Part shown: positions 31,434 through 46,487 of the stretch, one piece after another
Numbering within the stretch: position 1 is the first letter of the stretch
Layout: each line of letters begins with the position of its first letter
From: the human T2T-CHM13v2.0 reference genome, Homo sapiens
DNA length: 64,000 nt
NCBI GenBank assembly: GCA_009914755.4
Contig: CP068257.2
Coordinates: forward strand, 22,816,001-22,880,000
Direction: 5' to 3'
Notes under the pieces: model-generated
What the model saw: only the letters and a program-made list of their open reading frames with translations
Databases searched by the model: none
What the model was told of the DNA's origin: nothing
Translations under genes and position numbers: made by a program

Positions 31434-33812
31434 ATATTTCTGGGCAGAGGAAAAATACTTTGAAATTTACATTTAATCCAGTAAAATTTCAGTGCATTAA
31501 ATTAAAGCTTGTAATATAATAATGATAATAACAGACAGCATTTAAAGAGCACCTCTTGTGGATAATCAAGTTATTGAGAAATTATGTGTGTTATCTCTGG
31601 GATAAAGATTGCTGCATCCTTATATTCTTGTGTATAAACAGACCCTGTATATGTAAAAAAAGGAAAGAGAAAAGTATTTTTAAATGCACTAATTTGTAAT
31701 TACCACATAAACTATTACTCATGGAAGATTAGTTATTTGTTGTCAGTACTTTTTTTTTCCCTTTCAAAAATGTATTCAGATTTTACTATGGCCTAATATG
31801 TAATAAATGTATATTTCCTGTGTGTCCCATTGGGGCTTTCAAAGAAAACATATCTCTTTTAGAAAACATTTTTCACATAGAGATATTATGCATCATATTC
31901 AAAACCTTTGTAGATATCTTTCTTGAATTATTTTATGAGTCAAAGTTTATATTTCAGAAATATTTCTTTATTTTTTCCAGTAAAGGAGAAATCATTAATA
32001 AAGAGGCAAATTTATTAACACTATTACCTGAATTTTTTAGAATGATAACAAATAAATTTAGTAAATATTGCTGATTTATTAGCAGATAAAGTCATTCTGC
32101 TCCAAGAGCATGACAGCTAAACTTCCACTAGCTCATTTATACTCTGTGGAAATATGATTTACTGCCATATGAGAGAAATTAAATTCTATTATTTTAATTC
32201 TGTATTTTGTATCATAAAAGAGAAACCAGATATGGAATACAGAATATGCATATATGGAATAAAACAATGGGGAATAAATAAGATTTAGTTCAAGAAATAA
32301 AGAGATCATGTATTCAAACACACCAGTGAGTTCTTTAAAAAGGAAATCTTTTATGTTCTAATTAAAGTAGCAAACTTCACAACTTGAGTTTTTCAGCTCA
32401 TTTGTTTCCTGACTTCTTTATTCCAAGTTAAATACTCCTAAGGTGGGTCATATAATTCAGTGACCTTTAAAGTAAAATTGAAATATTTAATTTTACTACT
32501 TTTCTTTATCTCTTTTTCTCTCACCACATGCAGCTTATAAATGCCAATAGAATTAATTGCCTAATTATAAGGAATAAAAACATTGCCTTTTGAAGGATTT
32601 CAAATTTATGTATCCTGCTGTGGAGATTTTGCTTGACTACCTGACCTATACAGTCTGTGCTTCTTAAGGAAAGAAAATAAGTGGACTACTTTCGAACACA
32701 TTTTGAACTTGGTAATGAATGCTACGATACTGCTCTGCTCTATAATCTTAGGTTATTTTATATTTTAAGGGCTTCACCTGGAGCCATTTTACTGTTAACC
32801 ATAACTATTATATATACTCTTTAATAAGCTCCATTATATTTTTTTTTACTTTTTTCCTTATACAATTTAGTAATATGGCAGAAAAGCAGGTAATAAGGAA
32901 AATACTAATCATCATTAGTTTACAACACATTGACACACATTTTCCAGCAAGAAAATTCGATTAACAGGTAGCACGAAAAAAAGCTGCCTACCTGGATAAC
33001 TCATATAACACTTTACACTATATCTCTCAGAAAAAAATTACCATATTCAATATGCTTCATATTTATTTTCTTAATAACCACATTTTTAATAACCTCATTT
33101 TCTCTGGGAATTTTGGGTTTCAGGTACATATAGCATCTTCATGCCAATTTTATAAGGTCATACCTTAATCACTAGTTGCAAAAGTAGGGATATAAAGGCA
33201 AGAATTCTAGATTAGAAAGTGATATATGTGATTTTACAGGAAGACAGAAGAAAGGGAGAATTTGTGAATACTATGTGAAAGAAGAATAAACCCATGAGCC
33301 AAACTTAATTTGGATATTAAAGCTGATTATATCACACATACACCAAGAGAGTATGAAAAGATTTATTTCTCACATAATGAGACTTTCTGGACAGATCATG
33401 GCAAGCTCAAAAACAGTTCTGAAAATGGCCTAAGATAATATGGAGGGATGAGTAGCTTGCCTGTTATTTTACTTGGAGTTGGGAGTTGTGCATCTGGGAT
33501 GAAGTTTACATGGTTTGAACTTTCCACTGGCACTGAGGTAAAGATCTAAGATATATAACTGGCTTGCCAAGATGTAGAACAAAACAGAAGGGCGGGTGGT
33601 AAAGCATAAAAACTATTAACAATAAGGCAATAAAAATCAATCCAGACTCTTTATTATAACTCACTCCAATGTTTGACTGAGGAGTAAAATGTGCTATGAT
33701 TTATTTAATTGCATTTGAAGTTGTTATAGTAAGCCATTATGGTTACCTATGAGGCTCACAGCATGAGAACGGTAAGGAAATAAAACTTCCATTGAATACC
33801 TTCGTCAGCAGA

Positions 33813-34269
33813 TGTGATGGTTAATTTTATTTGTCAATTTAATTGGTTGATGGGATGTTCCAGTGTTTGCTTAAACACTATTCTGGGTGTTTCCATGAGG
33901 GTATTTGGGATGCAATTAACATTTATATCAGTAGACTGAGTAGAGCAGATTTTCTGCCGTATTGTAGTTGGAACTTACCTAATCAGTTGGAAATCTAAAT
34001 AAAACAAAAAGTCTGAATCACCCTAAAGTAAGAGAGAATCTTGCTACCTGACACTTTTTGAACTGTGACATTGGCTTCTTTTCCTGACTTCAGACTCAAA
34101 CTGAAAGATCAGCTTTTTCTGATTTTTAAGCCTGCCAGCCTTTGGACTGGAACTACTTCATTTGTTCTCCTGAGTCTCCAGTTTTGTGACTTGCCCTGTA
34201 AACCTTGGGACCTGCTAGCCTCCATGAACTTCCATGATATTACTAATTTCCTTAATAAATCTCATTCAT
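33813..34269 (+). mobile_element. MaLR LTR, MLT1-family-like solo LTR
   Basis: Begins tgtgatggttaattttatttgtcaatttaattgg, contains ...ttctgggtgtttccatgagggtatttgggatgcaattaacatttatatcagtagactgagtagagcagat..ggactggaactacttcatttgttctcctgagtctccag..., and ends ...ttccttaataaatctc. This is the typical MLT1 LTR layout. Confidence 0.55.
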
Positions 34270-34346
34270 TCTCTCTCTCTCTCTCTCCCTCTCTTAGTTC
34301 TGTTTTTTTTTTGTTTTGATTTGTTTTGTTTTGTTTTTTCCTGGAA
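34270..34346. repeat. Simple repeats: (CT)n followed by T-rich/(GTTT)n
   Basis: ctctctctctctctctccctctc...tttttttttgttttgatttgttttgttttgtttttt. Confidence 0.85.
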
Positions 34347-34800
34347 AACTCTAACTAGTACATGAGCCCAGCATTGTGTATTTTGTGAAGTAAAATGTGT
34401 TCCTTGCTCACAATTGCTCACAATCAATTGCTCACTATTATTAATGTGTAGAACCGTGAAGGGGTAAGGAATAATTTGGTAAAGATTTGTATTGTGGCAT
34501 CATTATGTAAAAAGACTTGCAACCCTGGTTATATAGTGGGTACTTGTAATTCACAAAATTTCAGAGTTATTTTTTCCAAACAGGAGGATGTTGGACATGA
34601 AAATTTTGTTGCTAGCATTGGCCTGCCCAAATGGCCAGACCATTGTCCACAGATAAATATTCCGCAAAATTATGCAGATATGGCTGATTCTTGGACAGAG
34701 CATTTATTGTTAAGATTACTGCATGATGTTTGGCCAGTTGCACTGAGCCTTGGGTCTCATTCTTGATCAGGGACATTCTGTTGAAGCAACAGAAAGTGGC

Positions 34801-35148
34801 TGTTATGCAGTGGGCTCTATTATGTGTAATGGCAGTGCTTCCATCCATCATGGTATATTAATGGACTCACAGTTCCACATGGCTGGGGAGGTCTCACAAT
34901 CACGGTGGAAATCAAAGGAGGAGCAAAGGCACGTCTTACATGGTGGCAGGCAAGAGAGAGTGTGCAGGGGAGCTGCACTTTATAAAATGATCAGATCTAG
35001 TGAGACTTATTCACTATCACAAGAATACCATGGGAAAAACCCACCTCCATGATTCAATTATCTCCCACCAGTACCCCCATGAAACGTGGGGATTATGGGA
35101 ACTACAATTCAAGAAAAGAAGTGGATGGGGACACAGCCTAACCATATC
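34801..35148 (-). mobile_element. MaLR LTR (THE1/MST-like), antisense
   Basis: Reverse-complement THE1/MST LTR (gactcacagttccacatggctggggaggtctcacaatcacggtggaaa...cttacatggtggcaggcaagagagagtgtgcagggga...ccacctccatgattcaattatctcccaccag...ggggattatgggaactacaattcaagaaaag...ggggacacagcctaaccatatca). Confidence 0.55.
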
Positions 35149-38100
35149 ACATGGGTAGTCTGGAACCTCTAAAAGACATAAGAAGAGGTTGCCAAAGCTT
35201 CTACAGTGAACAATCTTTGGGGGGCACTAACTTAAGTCTCTGTTGTATTGCAATACTGATAGATTCTAGAGTCTTTTGTTGTAGGGTGACCCATTCAGGG
35301 TAAGTCAATTTGTGAGCAACAACATAAATGAGCTTAAATAAATGTAAATAAGGAATATGTTTCTTTCAGAATCCAAAAGGTCGAAAAGATGTTGAATTTG
35401 TTTTAACATTGTGGGTGATGACAGAATGAACAACTGTTTCTTTATAATGTCAGGAACGGAGCACCCTCTAGTTAAATGATAGTGAGAAATTTTACTGAGG
35501 TAGTGAGGCCTTTTGCTTTGTGTGAGTAAGTAGTCCACTAATTTTGATGAGCTCTGTTGTGACTGTTTGGTTGTCCTGAATGAATGTGTAAATAGACTCT
35601 CCTAGGAGGATGACATCAATATAATGTCATACATATGTTCCTAGAAAAATTTTAATGTGATTAAGGTCTTACCTACAAAGGCTGTGTGCAACAGTAAATC
35701 TGTTGCGATGCCCCTGGGTTGCTGCATAAGGATGTATTGTCTTTTTGAAGGTGAAGAAAAACTGCAGCTAAGAAGCTGTTGAAATAGGCAATGAAAGGAA
35801 TTTACTAGCTAAATCTGTGACTGCAAAGTACTTACCCGTTTCTGATTGGATTGAATGGAGTCAGTAATTTAAGTAATATCGGGTATAGAAGACTTAATGG
35901 GTGAGATTATGACATTAAGGTTGCAATAATCCATCATTAAGTGTTATTCATTATTTCCAGTTTTAAGAATAGACCAAATACAGTTATTAAATAAAGAGAA
36001 ACTGTGGGGGATAATTACCTCTTCTCCAAATAGTTCTTGTATAATGTGTTTTGATCTTCGAAGGCTCTGTTTAACTTTGTATGTGGCCACATTAAGTATT
36101 TTGACCAGAGGGGAAAACCCATGAGGTCCAATTCTGTGAAGCTGATTGTAAGTGCCAAACATTTGATTTTATTTTAATGTATTATTTATGGGGTCACATC
36201 ATCCATGCACACTATGGAATATTTTAGTGCAAAGCAGGAGCTTATAAGTAGGTCTGTCTCATTCTCTTGATATTGGTTGTTGGCAAATGCAGATCCAAAT
36301 TCAGGCCTGCATGTGCGAACCCTCACTCTGATTCCTCTCCCTAACTATAAGAAAAGTCAAGCCGCTGGCTGCACCCCCATCCCAACCTGCGCTATCTCAA
36401 ACTGTTTTCTTCCTGCTTAAGAACTAGCCATGTTCATCCCACAAAGCCTCATTATGCGAGTAATAAACTGCTTCATACCCTCTTGATGTCTGTGTATGGT
36501 ATTATCAGCTTCGACAACTTGACTAAATGTTTGGTTGGGTGTACATTCTTATTGCACAGATCAACCACAAAAAGAAACCATTTTCGTCTGATGTAGTCAT
36601 GAAAATTTTTACAGAATAATTTAAATTTGAAGGAGACTGACAGGTAAAAGGATTTGCATAAGCTCAAATGAGAAATGGGAAAATTCAGTGCAGGTTATGT
36701 GGACCATCATATATACTGGTTTGTCAAGTTGAAAAATATTTAATGTGCACTAGATTCTGGTACATTAATTGATGTTGGAGTATATTTTTACTTATTCATT
36801 GTTTTCTCATGTATTTCTTTTCTTTGTGTTTCTCTCCTTTCCCATAGACAACAAATAGGGTTATTCTATGTTCATTACTTCAAGGATGATCACAGAAATA
36901 TTTTTTCCCCTGGAGCTCTAAGAGTAGATATCCTTAAGGAAATAAACAAGTTTAAACAAATGGTTTGCTAACATATGGTTTGATTAGGTTTGGCCTTCCC
37001 TTCCCCAAATAAAAAGAAAAGAAACATAATATATAGATACAGATATAGAAGTATAGATATTTCTAGGGCAGGAGAAGAGAACAGAAGGAATGACAAGTTT
37101 AAATTTATCGAATCATATACGGAGGAAAAATATATGCTGCTTCTAGTCTTGGCTTGAGTGAAATGGTAGTACTCAAAAGAAATTTGCAAAATTGGAGAGA
37201 AGAAGAACCCTGAACAGTTCAGGAAGTCTAATAAAGAAAGGCTGTATATTCGATCGAAGCAGACACATATTTAAACAAACTTCAGTGACTCTCATGCTTT
37301 AGTGAGACATTGGACCTGCAGTTCACACACTAAAATGAGGCACGGAGATTGCCACTGGACCAGAAGGGTACATCTTCTTGGGAATCAGGGTTATCTTAGC
37401 AGCAATATACATAGACTAATAACTGAGACTCAAGAAGAAAAATCGAAATATCTTTGTTGAAAAATGCAATCAGATATCTGAGACTGTGGGCTTGTCCACA
37501 TTGATGCCTTGGCAGTAAATACGCCACCTAGAACTAATTCCAACTCAAGGACAGATGCTGGCAACATGGAATTTCAAACCTACTCCGAGTGTTCTGACAC
37601 TCACATAGAATAAAAACTTGAGTTAGGAAAAACTAGAGAAAATTATATTGTTTCACTTTTTAAAAATTACTATGTCAATTAAAATTTATATACTATATTT
37701 AGATGAAATAAGGTTGACAGTAATGTGGAACCCTAGCTATGAAGGACTCATATCAGATTACAGCAATTAGTCTTTATTTTCTACAGAAGATTTTGAGTTT
37801 GGGATTTTGTTATAAAATCAGTCCTTAAGGAAAATTAATCTAGTTTTTTGCACTTTGCAATAAGAGGACATTTAGAAAATATAAATTACAGTTAATTTCT
37901 CTAATGCAGTTATGAGATAAAAATTGCCCCAGATTATGTTGTTGGATACACATGATAGACAGGAACATATAAACAAAATGACAAAATATTAAAACTTGAT
38001 TATAAATTTACTATAAAGGCCAATAAGAAGAAAGGAAGTACTTGAAGTTGTAGTTCTGGTGACTGGAAAGACAGAACCAATGGATTACAGAATCAAATCA

Positions 38101-39261
38101 AGAGGTTTGATTGAGAAAACAAGACAATGCCAATTTGGATTATACAAGTTTCTATGTTATCTAGAAGGCAAACTGAAAAGTAGTTGAAAATATACAAATA
38201 GAATGCACAAGTTATCTTGAGATGGATTTAGGCTTTTCTAATAGAGATTAAGAAAGGCCCAATAAGCAGTGCATCAAAATGCTTCAAACATAAAAAGATG
38301 CCAATTTGGAAAGGTTTTACCTTCTCATTTGTAGGCAGCATATTAATGGCAAATAAATAGAAAGTAAGGGGGAGAAAAATGGAAGCAAGATGCTTGGAAG
38401 GAAAAGGGATTAAAGTATATGAACAGAATGCTCTTTGAAAACCAAGCAGGAATCCAGGCGTGAGGAAACCATTTATCACATACATTAATATTGGTATTGT
38501 ATGATTTTTCATTGCTAAATTTATAATACTTTAGTTCATGATACTCTAATTTGTAGTAGAATGTGTTAAATACACTGAATAAGAGAACACCTTAATAGTG
38601 TTCTAAGGGGTCAGAACACGCACAATCAGACATTAGTATACATTCGAACTTCTTCATATTTTCTATTCATCTTGTTTTTCCTATTTGGGGCCTTAAATTC
38701 TGCTTTCCAGGCTGTCTTTTCTTGATCAATTTCTTCATTGCACTGTAAGAAAATACTATTAAAAGCTAAGCATTAATAGGCCTTAACTTTTGAAAACACT
38801 TAATATTTAGAGACCCAAGCATGTCGTTCAGAAAAAAGAAAACAAGTTACAAATGCAAAGCATTGCAGGAATATCTATTTTTCTGAGTAACTCAAGTACC
38901 TCTATACCTTGTTTATAAATTAAAATAATGTTTCACTGAACTGTACTTTGCTGTTTTAGAAATATTTTCTCGAAGAAATTGAAAAATAACTCTGACCTTT
39001 ACTGCGTAGACCTGTGGGAACTGAGGCTCACAGAATCAGCACAACATATTGTTGTGGTTGCTGGCTTTTATCATGGCTAATGAACAGTCCTTGTCTTTTA
39101 AGGAAGGGTCCTGTGTTTTCTGTCAGTGTATGTTGTATACGAAACGGTGGTAGGTGAGCTTGCTAGCTTGAAAGTCTTGTCAAATCACTGACTTCAGGCT
39201 TCTAACTTAACCACTACACTAAAGGTCTTACTTTTGATGTGAGAATGTTGGTAAGACATAA

Positions 39262-39408
39262 AAATTAATTAATATATATTTAGTATAATATATAGTATAC
39301 TAATATTAAATATCTATATATTTAATATATATTTAGTATACTATATATAATATATAATATATATATTTAGTATATACGGATATGTGTATATTTAATATAT
39401 ATACAATT
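39262..39408. repeat. AT-rich low-complexity / degenerate (TATATA/TTTAGTATA) tandem region
   Basis: atatatatttagtataatatatagtatactaatattaaatatctatatatttaatatatatttagtatactatatataatatataatatatatatttagtatata. Confidence 0.8.
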
Positions 39409-39411
39409 AAA

Positions 39412-39560
39412 GGCAGGGTCTTGCTTTGCCATCCAGGCTGGAATGCAGTGGTGTCAACCTATCTCCTTTTAGCCTTGAACTCCTGTGTTCCAGCAATACT
39501 CCCAACTCAGCCTGCTGAACATGTGCATACCACCACATCCAGCTACTTTCTAAAAGTTTT
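39412..39560 (-). mobile_element. Alu-monomer-like fragment (FRAM/FLAM-like), antisense, highly diverged
   Basis: ggcagggtcttgctttgccatccaggctggaatgcagtggtg ... cccaactcagcctgctgaacatgtgcataccaccacatccagctactttct aligns loosely to the antisense Alu right arm. Confidence 0.4.
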
Positions 39561-40262
39561 GATTAATAAAAATATTTTAACATTAGGACATCCAACTTTC
39601 GAAGTAGTTCAATAAGCATTTTATTTTGATACCCACTCCAAATTAAATTCTATATGATGGTTTAGATTATGCATTAATGAGCAGATCACTCTTTATCCAT
39701 AAAATCATCAATATAATTGAAATCAGTTTTATCACATATAACCCATAGAAAAATTGAATGTCAATGTTTTAATAAAAGCAGAATGTAACCAATGACTTCA
39801 GCCACTTTCTATTTTCCGGTAAGTGCTAAAAAGAAAATTGTATGAATTTTAAGAGCCATATAACTTTTTAAAAAACATTTGTAATGTTATTCAAATGCCC
39901 ACCAAGGCTTCCTGCATGCTTAATCTACTGACTTCTAAAGAGGTTTTCCAGAATTATTAAGTACAATGATCTGAATAAAAATTTAGAAGATAAAATGTAT
40001 AACCAAATATAATCTCTTTGTCATATTTATTTTAGAAACATAATAAATGTGGGGTTTTCTGCAAAAAATGTACCTTATTAGATTGTGATAAATGGAAATC
40101 AGATGTAAATTATTTTTTTCTGTTGTGTTAGTTGTACCTGAATCCAGCTGTACACATCTGCTCATTGACATAATCTCCGAGGAAGTTTTGGTGAATCAGG
40201 TTAGTTCCTAAGATTAACACAACAGGAAACGGCCATCACCTCTTAATTAAAAGTTTGCACTG

Positions 40263-40647
<385 letters not shown>

Positions 40648-41480
40648 CTAACTGCAATATGGTATCCGGAGATTAAACCTAGGACAGAACAGGAACAATA
40701 TGAAAAAAAATTGCAAATTGTAAAGAAATCTGTCTAACAAATTGTAGATAAATCTGTCTAATTAATAGAACTAGTCTAATGCTTATTTAGTTAAGATTTT
40801 TCAATAGTGTCTCATATGGAAATATTAATATTAGAGAAAATTCAGTGAAGAATATACAAAAATTATCTGTATTATTTTAATTTTCATGTAATTATCTTCC
40901 AATTTTTAAAAATACCAAGTGAGATAATTTTGTTTTTTCAGTAGTGACCATCACTTCTGTATGTCTCTACTATACTAATCCTCTTCATCCCTACTCAGTT
41001 TTCTTTGCTCTTCTACTAATTACATTTTGAATTCCAGCATAGTTTTATCGATTTTCTCATTAGTCCTATAATTCTAAAATCAAAATATTCCATGAAAGAG
41101 GAAAAGGAGCTTCAAAAGGGTGAAGCCTGATAAAGCACACTATATATCTAAGCTCCTGAAAAGAGTAAGCACATGTTTTTTTATTTTTTATTGTCTAATA
41201 CAGTTTTCATTATCTGCATTTACCTTTTTATATAATTTCAACTTTTATTTTAGATTCAGGGGGTACATATGCAGGTTTGTTACATAAGTATATTCCATGA
41301 TGCTGAGGTTTGGGGTATAATTGATCCAGTCACTGAGGTACTGAGCATAGTACCCAATAGTTTTTCAACCCTTGCCTTCATTCCTCCCACTTCCCTTAGT
41401 AGTCCCCAGTATCCATCATCGACGTCTTTATGTCCATGACTGCCAAATATTTAGTTCCCACTGCTAAATAAGAATATGCA

Positions 41481-41784
41481 GGCCAGGCGTGGTGGCTCGC
41501 GCCTGTAATCCCAGCACTTTGGGAGGCCGAGGTGGTGGATCACGAGGTCAAGAGATCGAGACCGTCCTGGCCAATATGGTGAAACCCTGTCTCTACTAAA
41601 AATACAAAAATTAGCGGGGCATGGTGGCAGGCGTCTGTAGTCCCAGCTACTCGGGAGGCTGAGGCAGGAGAATCACTTGACCCAGGAGGAGGAGGGTGCA
41701 GTGAGCCGAGATCACGCCACTGCACTGCAGCCTGGTGACAGAGCGACACTCCATCTAAAAATAAAAAGTAAAAAATAAAAAAAA
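41481..41784 (+). mobile_element. Alu SINE (AluY/S-like) inserted into old antisense L1, with 11-bp TSD
   Basis: ggccaggcgtggtggctcgcgcctgtaatcccagcactttgggaggccgaggtgg... TSD agaatatgcag at 41471-41481 and 41787-41797. The flanking sequence is contiguous L1 antisense. Confidence 0.9.
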
Positions 41785-42178
41785 CAGAATATGCAGTATT
41801 TGGTTTTCTGTTCCCTTGTTAACTTGCTTAGATGATGGCCTCCAGCAGCATCCATGTTGCTGCAAAGAACATGATTTTATTATTTTTTGTGTCTGCATTG
41901 TATTCTGTGGCATGTATGTATCACATTTTCTTTATTCAGTCCACCACTGATGGGCACCTAGGTTGATTCCATGTCTTTGCCATTGTGAATAGTGCTGCAA
42001 CAAATATAAGCGTGCATGTATCTTTTTGATAGAGCAATTTATTTTCTTTTGAATATTTATCCAATAATGGGAGCAGCAGACATCAGCCCTGGGAAATAAT
42101 TTATGATTAATTCCTCAAAAGCAATTGTAACAACAACTACAAATGACAAGTAAGACCTAATTAAACTAAAGAGCTTCT

Positions 42179-42444
42179 GGCTGAGCATGGTGGTTCACAC
42201 CCTGTAATCCCAGCACTTCGGGAGTCCAAGGCGGGCAGATGACTTGAGGTCAGGAGTTTGAGACCAGCCTGGCCAACATGGTGAAACTCTGTCTCTACTG
42301 AAAAATACAAAAATTATCCAGGCGTGGTGATGTGCAACTGCAGTCCAGCTACTTGGGAGTCTGAGGCATGAGAATCTCCTGAACGTGTGAGCCGAGATCC
42401 TGCTATTGCACTCCAGCCTGGGGGACAGAGTGAGACTTCATCAC
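42179..42444 (+). mobile_element. Alu SINE (diverged AluS-like) inside the L1(+) fragment
   Basis: ggctgagcatggtggttcacaccctgtaatcccagcacttcgggagtccaaggcggg...gcactccagcctgggggacagagtgagacttcatcac. Confidence 0.85.
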
Positions 42445-42484
42445 AAAACAAAACAAAACAAAACAAAACAAAACAAAACAAAAA
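42445..42484. repeat. (CAAAA)n microsatellite (Alu-tail derived), ~8 units
   Basis: aaaacaaaacaaaacaaaacaaaacaaaacaaaacaaaaa. Confidence 0.9.
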
Positions 42485-43339
42485 GCTGCAGTTCAGCAAA
42501 AGAAACTATCAAAAGAGTAAACAATCCACAGAATGGGGATTCATAAACTATACATCTGACAAAGGTCTGAATGGATGGGGAACTTAATTCAACAAGCAGG
42601 AAATGAAGAACCCCATTAAAAAGTAGGCAAAAGACATGAAGAGACACTTCTAGAAAGAAGACGTGCAAGCAGCCAACAAACATGAAAAAATGCTCATCAT
42701 CACTAATCATCAGAGAAATGAAAATCTAAACTATGATGAGATACCATCTCACACCAGTCAGAATGGCTATTATTAAAAAGACAAAATTTAGCAAATGCCC
42801 AGCAAGGCTGTGGAGAATAGGGATTGCTTATACACTGGAACATACTGAATTTATAGATTAATTTTAGGAGATTTGACATTTTTACCATGTTTATTCTTTC
42901 AATAGATGATTGTGATATATGTTTTCATTTACACATCTTATCTTAATTATTTTATCAGTGTTATGTCACTTTCCGCGTACTGATTCTGTGTATTTTGTCA
43001 AGAACTTTTACTGAATTAATTGATAGAATTGTGATTATTTCTTGTTTAGGCTCTTAATATGATTTGTCACTTTGATTGATTTGAAAGTATTGAAACAGTC
43101 TTGCACTCACAGGATAAATATCACTTCAATAGTACATTGCTGTCATATTTTGGATATTTTGTTGTGGATTTTTATGTCTATTACATGAGGGCAATTGGTC
43201 TACATTTTTATTATTATGAGTTATATGTGTTTGTTTTTTATATGAGAGCAACCCTGGCCTCCTAAAATAAGTTGAGAAATATGTCCACCTCTTTTATGTT
43301 TCAGAAGAGCTTTGTGTTTATTTTTCTCTTTTTTTTTCT

Positions 43340-43643
43340 TTTCTTTTTTTTTTTTTTTTCTGAGACAGAGGCTTGCTCTGTCCACCAGGCTGGAATACAG
43401 TGGCACAATTTCGACTCACAGCAACCTCCGCCTCCTGGGTTCAGGTGATTCTCCTGACTCAGCCTCCCAAATAGCTGGGATTACAGGTGCATGCCACCAT
43501 GCCCAGCTACTTTTTGTATTTTTAGCAGAGACACAGTTTCACCGTGTTGGCCAGGCTGGTCTTGAACTCATGACCTCAAGTGATTCACCCACCTCGCCCT
43601 CCCAAAGTGCTAGGATTACAGGCATGAGCCACTGTGCCCCACC
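43340..43643 (-). mobile_element. Alu SINE (AluS-like), antisense, preceded by a long T-rich tail tract (43321-43360)
   Basis: tttttttttttttttctgagacagaggcttgctctgtccaccaggctggaatacagtggcac...gtgctaggattacaggcatgagccactgtgcccc. Confidence 0.9.
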
Positions 43644-46487
43644 TGTGTTCATTTGTGTCCCTTGTGCTTTAAAAGGTTGGTATAACTCATCATAAAACCA
43701 GTTGAAACTAGATATTTAATCATTAGAAAATGTTAAAGTACAAATTCAAGCTTTTAAAGTGTAGGTATACACAAGTTAACTTTTTCGTTTTGGTTAAATT
43801 TTGACATTGGTTTGACAATGTGGTTTTCTAGGAATTGGTCTATTCCGTCTAAGTTGCCTTATTTAGGTCCTCAATTATAGCATTACCTTATTATCATTTT
43901 ATTACTGGTTGGATTTGTATTAATATCTTTTGTTTCTTTCCTGCTACTGTCACTGCATGTGTCCCTTTTTTATCTTTGTCATTAGTGCCAGAGTTTACCA
44001 GTTTTCTTGATCTTTTCAAGGAACCACTTTTAGTATCACTGATTTTCTGTTGATTTTCAGTTTTACATTTCATTAATTTCTGCCTCTATATTTATTTCTT
44101 TTCCTCTGCATATGTGATGCTATTTTCTTCTTTTTGTGTGTGGGTCTTTTTTAGTTTCTTCAAATTGAAGTTTAGGTAATTGATTTAAGACTTCTTTTCT
44201 AAGATACAGATTCAACAGTATAAATTCCCCTTCAAGAACTGCTTCAGTTGTGTCACAGAAACTTAATGTACTTCATTGTATTTTGAGTCAGTTTAAAATA
44301 ATTTATAATTTCCTTCAGGCCATATTTTCTTTTAATACTTTCCTAGATTATTTAGAATTGTAGTGTTTAATTTCCAAGTGTTTGTACATTTTTCTGTAAT
44401 ATTTATTGTATTAATTTCTAGTTGAATGGCCAGAGTACATACTTTACATGCTTTTAAGTATTTTAAATTTAAGATCTATTAAAATGTTTATTTGTTATTT
44501 GTTATATTCATGTATTTATTTATGTATGGTATATCTATGTACGGTATGTATGTATGCATCCATGTTTCAGTTTACTTATAATTAATAGTAGGGTCCATTT
44601 TGGTTAACGTTTATGTGTATCTGAAAAAAATTTGTATCTACTTTTTTTTTAAAAAAAGTGTTCTATGTATCAGTTGGATTTAGTTTGACAAAGTTGTTCA
44701 ATTTTCTCATCTTCTCACTGATTATTTTGTCCATTAGTTATTTCTAAAATTCTGGATTTTTCATGCCTATTTTCAGTTCTAACATTTTTGCTTCATATAA
44801 TTTATGACACCCTACTACTTATGTAGGATTGCTATGTATCTTTTGTAAACAGACAATTTTACAGTTATCTCATGTCTCTCTTTATTCCTAGTACTTTTCT
44901 TTGCTCTGAATTCTACTTTGGTATTAGTATCACCACTATAGACATTTTTTGAAACCAGGTTTTATATAATGTATCTCCATTTCTTTAATTTTAATTATTT
45001 TTTTTTGAAATGAATTTCTGGTAGACAGTATATAATTGTGACTTTTTTATCGGGTCTGTTGATCTCAATGTTTTCTTAGTAGTATCAAAATCACTGAAAT
45101 GTAATGCAATTATATACATGTTTGAACTCATGTCTACCATATTATTATTTGTTATTCTGTCACTTTTCTCTGTTTTTTAATTCTCAATTTATCCTTTTTT
45201 GAGATTATTTGAACATATTTTATTATCCATTTTTTATTTCGTCTATTTTTTTCTTTTTATTTCACCTATATTTTAGTTTTTATTTTTAGTGGTTTTTCTG
45301 AAAATTAAAATATACACACCTAAGGTTTACAGTCTGGTTAGAATCAATATTTTATCACTTTATTTAGGAAATATAGAAACTATCACCATATTGGTGTGCC
45401 TACTTCTCTTCTTCATGATATTCATGATGTAGTTATCTATTTACACATTGACTCTACATATATTGAAAACACTATCAGACAAGTTTATAATTCTACTTTC
45501 AACTATAAAGCATATCTTAAGAACTTAAGAGAGGAAGAATAGTCAATTATGTTTATTCAGATAACTATTATTTATGATTTTTTTTCTTAATTCTGATGTT
45601 CTTTATTTCCTTCTAATATCATTCCCTTCCTGTCTGGAGATCATTCCATAGAATTTTTTTTTGGAGCAGGACTGCTGGAGAAAAATTATCTTAGTTTCTT
45701 TTTACTATAAGATGTCTATATTCTACATTCATTCCTAAAATATATTGTTGGTGGATATCAATTTCTGGGTTGACAGTTCTTTCAATATTTAAGCAGTGTT
45801 CCATTTCTGCTTGCTTCCGTAGTTCCTGAGATATGCTCAGTATTTAAAATTATTGCCCTCCTAAAGCAATGTATCATTGTGTTCTGGCTGTTTTCAAGAC
45901 TTTTTCCTTTGTCTTTAAGTTTGATTTTTATATTTCTGAGAATGGATTTCTTTTTGTGCTTAAATTGTTTGGGGATAATGGAGTTTCTTGATTCTTTAGT
46001 TACGTGTATTTCAGTTTATCTGGGAATTTTCGTCCACCATTTATTCAAATAATATTTGTGCATGTCACACTCTCCTTTTTATTTCTATGATTCTGATGAC
46101 ATGCATATTAGACATTTTGTAATTGTCACACAGGTTCTTGACGTTTTGCCAATTTTTTTTCAATCTTTTGTCCTCTATTATTCAAATTGATAGTTTCAGT
46201 TTGTTTAAATGTATTTTCAAATTCACTGACTCATCTTTATTCTGCTACTCAAACCATTTGAATCTCTAATTTTTGTTACTGCATTTTTCAGTTGTCTTTG
46301 TTTTTTGGTGGTTTTGTCTTAATAACTTTTATTTCTTTCCTTAGTCTTTCTAGGTGTCCATTTATTTCAAGAAGAACTGCCCTTACTCCTTGGGACATTT
46401 GAGTAATAGGTTTTAAACTAATTTCTGGTAAGTCTAGTATTTGTTACATCTAGGCTTTATATCTCTTTTGTTTTGTTTTTGGGGCCT

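Larger units (their letters stand above)
42105..42840 (+). mobile_element. LINE-1 3'-end fragment (sense), itself split by an Alu
   Basis: ...ctcaaaagcaattgtaacaacaactacaaatgacaagtaagacctaattaaactaaagagcttctg | Alu | gctgcagttcagcaaaagaaactatcaaaagagtaaacaatccacagaatgggg...catcagagaaatgaaaatctaaactatgatgagataccatctcacaccagtcagaatggctattattaaaaag. This follows the L1 ORF2 end and 3'UTR order. Confidence 0.6.
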